Part shown: positions 61,335 through 64,000 of the stretch, one piece after another
How the letters are laid out: every line of letters begins with the position of its first letter
Position numbering within the stretch: position 1 is the stretch's first letter
DNA from: an uncultured Dehalococcoidia bacterium
GTDB taxonomy: Bacteria; Chloroflexota; Dehalococcoidia; SZUA-161
Reading direction: 5' to 3'
Assembly (NCBI GenBank): GCA_964524995.1
Contig: CAZGDV010000003.1
Location: forward strand, 1,029-65,028
DNA length: 64,000 bases
Translations under genes and position numbers: made by a program
Notes under the pieces: model-generated
Told to the model about the DNA's origin: nothing
What the model saw: the letters and a program-made list of their open reading frames with translations, nothing else
The model's database searches: none

Positions 61335-63908
61335 CTACTCGCGGGACGGTGAGCCGGGCGTGTTGCCAGGAAGCAGGATGAGGAGCGAAGGCAGAACGAC
61401 GAGTGCTGCGACCAGTGCGAACACTATCATGACCGCCATGAGTATGCCGAAACGCGAGAACATGGGCATCGGCGCGAATGCAATGACAGCGAAACCTGCC
61501 GCTGTGGAGATGGCGGTCGCCAGAAGCGCCACGCCGGTGGTGTTGGAGGTGGCCAACAGGGCTTCAAGGCACGTGCTTCGCACGGCACACTCCTGACGAA
61601 AACGCTGAGAGAAATGAATCGAGAAGTCTATGCCCACGCCTATTGAGATTGCCGCGATCGTAGCCGTCATGAGATTGAGGTGATACCCGGCGGCGTACAT
61701 GAACCCGTGGAGCCAGCATGCCACAATCAACACAGGCACAACTGTGGCGACGGCATACCTGATCGACTTGAACGAGACGGCGAGCACCAATAGACAGGAG
61801 ATGACTGCCACCAGCAGAGATAAAGTCATGGAACGCGTGATAGCGTCGAACTGGGCGGCGCGCACGTAGGCTGACCCTGTGAAGCCATATGAATCGATGC
61901 CAGACGCCTGCCCCAGGGTGGAATCTACATCGTCTCTGAGTTCAGCGGCCGATGCTTTCGCGACCGCGTGCTCTTCTGTGTCAGACACCCCCACGCGCAC
62001 AAGAGCCGCATCCTTGAGGCCATTATCCAGCCCGCCAACAAATGTGGCACGTACCTGCTTGGGGGTGAAGAGCAAGGTCCCATCCGGCCCGGGAACGCCA
62101 TGCTCGATCATGTACGAGTAGGCGGCGCGAATCTGCTCATACGTATCCGGCAGCGAATCCCGATTGGCATCGCTAATCGCCACTCCATATTGTCTCTCGA
62201 TCGCGGCACGTGCTGCATCGCTGCCCACGATAGCCCCCAACTGGTCCAGCAGCGGCGCACAGACATCAGCTTTGCCATTCGCGGAGTCCCGGACCAGATA
62301 CGTGTTGTCCTCCACAGCACGGACCGTGTCTTGGATTGCCAGCAGTGCGTCATGCCTGGCCAGATCGCCCTCCATATAGATATATGCCGGCTCGCCATAC
62401 CTGCCTCCTCCGTGCTCATCGAGCTTGGAGAGCCCGATCACCAGGTCCGATGCCGGGTCAAACGCCTCGCTGGCATTCAGCCTGGGCTCTAGGCTGACCC
62501 AACCCCACACACATACACTGGTCAAGACAACTATTATCGCGAGGGATACCCTGGGTCTGCCAGCGAACAGAAGGACTGCCCGACCGAACAGCGTCCCCGT
62601 GGCGGTGGAGCTCTTGGTATGATCCGCATACCGCCTTTTCACCGGCAGCAGATCGTATCTGGCTACGACGGTTGGTACAAACAGGCCCAGTATCACCAAA
62701 GCAGACGCGATGGCAATGCAGCCACCAATCGCGAATCCAACAATGGACTCGACCCCGGAAGTGATATTCGACCCGAATGCGATGGCAGTGGTGAACATGG
62801 CCAGAACCAGCGCCTCGCCCACCCGATTCGTTGACCAGCCGATGGCCTCTGCCGGTGGGCTGCCGTGTGCCCGCTCCTCACGATAGCGAAGCAGCGAGTG
62901 TATTGCGTAGTCGATTCCGAGAACAAGCATCGCCACCGGCAGCACCACGTCGAGAACGATTGAGCTGTTGAGCCCGATCAGATTCGACAGGCCCTTGACC
63001 CATACGATCAGCATACCAAGCCCGACCGCGCATAGCAGCGTGACCCTTAGCGAACGAAATACAACCGCCACAATCACCATCACGAGAGCGACTGCAGCTA
63101 TCAACATCACGCTGCTTATTCGGCTCTCATCTGCTATCTCGAGGTTCACGTCCATCGCCACGCCCCACAATCGATAGCCGTCCCCATCTCCTCTGAGCAG
63201 GCGCTGGACGTGCCGCCCGAAGTATTCCGGGGCCAGTTCCTCGCTCAGCGACCTTCCGGCAACAGCCGCGTATTCCGACTTGACTCTGTTGTAGTCGGAC
63301 TCCACGAAGAACAGGAATGCGGGCGACGTCCACGTGGTACGCCCATCAGGCCCTTGAACGTAGCTAGCGTTGATAGACAACTGCGACGCCAGATCGTTCG
63401 TGAGAGGACTCGCCAGGACGTCTGCCACGGCTTGCTGCACCTGAATGTCAGTGGCGCAAGAGAGGTCGACCGTGCCTCCACTCTCTATCTTCAGCGCCGC
63501 GTTGACGGCATCTGCTATGGTATATACGCCCCGGAGTTGAATGCCGGCCTCGGAGCTGAAACGCTCGTAGAGGAACGGAGAGAGGACACTGGAACGGAGA
63601 GCCTCTTCATTCCTGTACAGCGCATAGAGGTTGTCCTGCGTGAGGATGTCGCCATCTGAGGCCTCGGCCACGAAGAGGACACGGTATAGCTCGAACGGGA
63701 ACCTGTCTCTGATGAGTTCGTCTAGTTCTACGAATTCGTTGCTGGTTGGTTTGTCACTGGCAGTCTCGGCCGGCTTCATGACTACCAGGGGAACGATGAG
63801 GACTGCGGTTACCAGGAGCGTTGCGGCAATGATCCAGGACGACCGGTATTGCACCAAGTCTCCCAGCGATCCGTACACACCGCTTCTCTTGCGACGTCGG
63901 GCCGTCAC
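61335..63908 (-). CDS. MMPL/RND-superfamily membrane transporter
   Basis: 857-aa protein with two 5-6-TM bundles, each preceded by a large extracytoplasmic loop, which is the typical MMPL/RND exporter topology. Confidence 0.7.
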   Translation of the reverse strand: MTARRRKRSGVYGSLGDLVQYRSSWIIAATLLVTAVLIVPLVVMKPAETASDKPTSNEFVELDELIRDRFPFELYRVLFVAEASDGDILTQDNLYALYRNEEALRSSVLSPFLYERFSSEAGIQLRGVYTIADAVNAALKIESGGTVDLSCATDIQVQQAVADVLASPLTNDLASQLSINASYVQGPDGRTTWTSPAFLFFVESDYNRVKSEYAAVAGRSLSEELAPEYFGRHVQRLLRGDGDGYRLWGVAMDVNLEIADESRISSVMLIAAVALVMVIVAVVFRSLRVTLLCAVGLGMLIVWVKGLSNLIGLNSSIVLDVVLPVAMLVLGIDYAIHSLLRYREERAHGSPPAEAIGWSTNRVGEALVLAMFTTAIAFGSNITSGVESIVGFAIGGCIAIASALVILGLFVPTVVARYDLLPVKRRYADHTKSSTATGTLFGRAVLLFAGRPRVSLAIIVVLTSVCVWGWVSLEPRLNASEAFDPASDLVIGLSKLDEHGGGRYGEPAYIYMEGDLARHDALLAIQDTVRAVEDNTYLVRDSANGKADVCAPLLDQLGAIVGSDAARAAIERQYGVAISDANRDSLPDTYEQIRAAYSYMIEHGVPGPDGTLLFTPKQVRATFVGGLDNGLKDAALVRVGVSDTEEHAVAKASAAELRDDVDSTLGQASGIDSYGFTGSAYVRAAQFDAITRSMTLSLLVAVISCLLVLAVSFKSIRYAVATVVPVLIVACWLHGFMYAAGYHLNLMTATIAAISIGVGIDFSIHFSQRFRQECAVRSTCLEALLATSNTTGVALLATAISTAAGFAVIAFAPMPMFSRFGILMAVMIVFALVAALVVLPSLLILLPGNTPGSPSRE

Positions 63909-64000
63909 CTGTGCTCTTGCCCCCTCGACGGCGGCTATCGCTGCTGTGCGCCCGCCATCGTCTCAGGCTCACGGCCCATTATTCCAGACTTCCGCCCTGC

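Noticed and set aside
1-64000. CRISPR arrays, prophage or transposon boundaries, rRNA/tRNA genes
   Set aside because: I saw no short direct-repeat/spacer periodicity, no integrase, transposase or recombinase-like ORFs, and no terminal inverted repeats. The only repeats found are paralogous gene segments and the in-gene dihaem tandem repeat.

Overview
GC-rich (about 60% by eye), densely coding bacterial chromosomal segment with many GTG/TTG starts and 4-nt gene overlaps. I saw no rRNA, tRNA, CRISPR array, transposase or integrase.

The left ~16.5 kb is ordinary metabolism:
- a Liv-type branched-chain amino-acid ABC transporter;
- an orphan radical-SAM/HhH protein;
- a fused CoA-transferase plus thiolase;
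- a PEBP protein, a cyclase and a Zn-ADH;
- a pentose-phosphate cluster (gnd, pgi, rpiB, tkt).

From ~16.7 to ~57.8 kb the window becomes a c-type cytochrome island:
- a quinone-linked module of multihaem cytochrome, TAT 4x[4Fe-4S] protein and cytochrome b. Its cytochrome gene is interrupted by an in-frame UGA;
- six paralogous multihaem cytochromes that share an N-terminal hexahaem module and carry different C-terminal extensions (extra haem domains, a golvesin-like binding domain, Ig-like arrays);
- a 15-haem tandem-repeat lipoprotein cytochrome;
- a complete-looking sirohaem-dependent (Ahb) haem biosynthesis operon with unusual gene fusions;
- a variant System I (Ccm) maturation operon. Its CcmE has Cys in place of the haem-binding His, there is no CcmH, and two uncharacterised genes are inserted;
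- a haem-c/two-CW sensor kinase with a NarL-type regulator;
- a TPR / FecR-NHL / duplicated-domain membrane-protein set.

By my manual count the island encodes roughly 80 canonical CXXCH sites plus about six CX3-6CH variants.

The right end carries cutA, an orphan multi-PAS histidine kinase and an MMPL/RND transporter.

My main hypothesis is that the island is a self-contained, largely uncharacterised extracellular or periplasmic electron-transfer system. All functional calls rest on motif and family recognition by eye. No searches were run.
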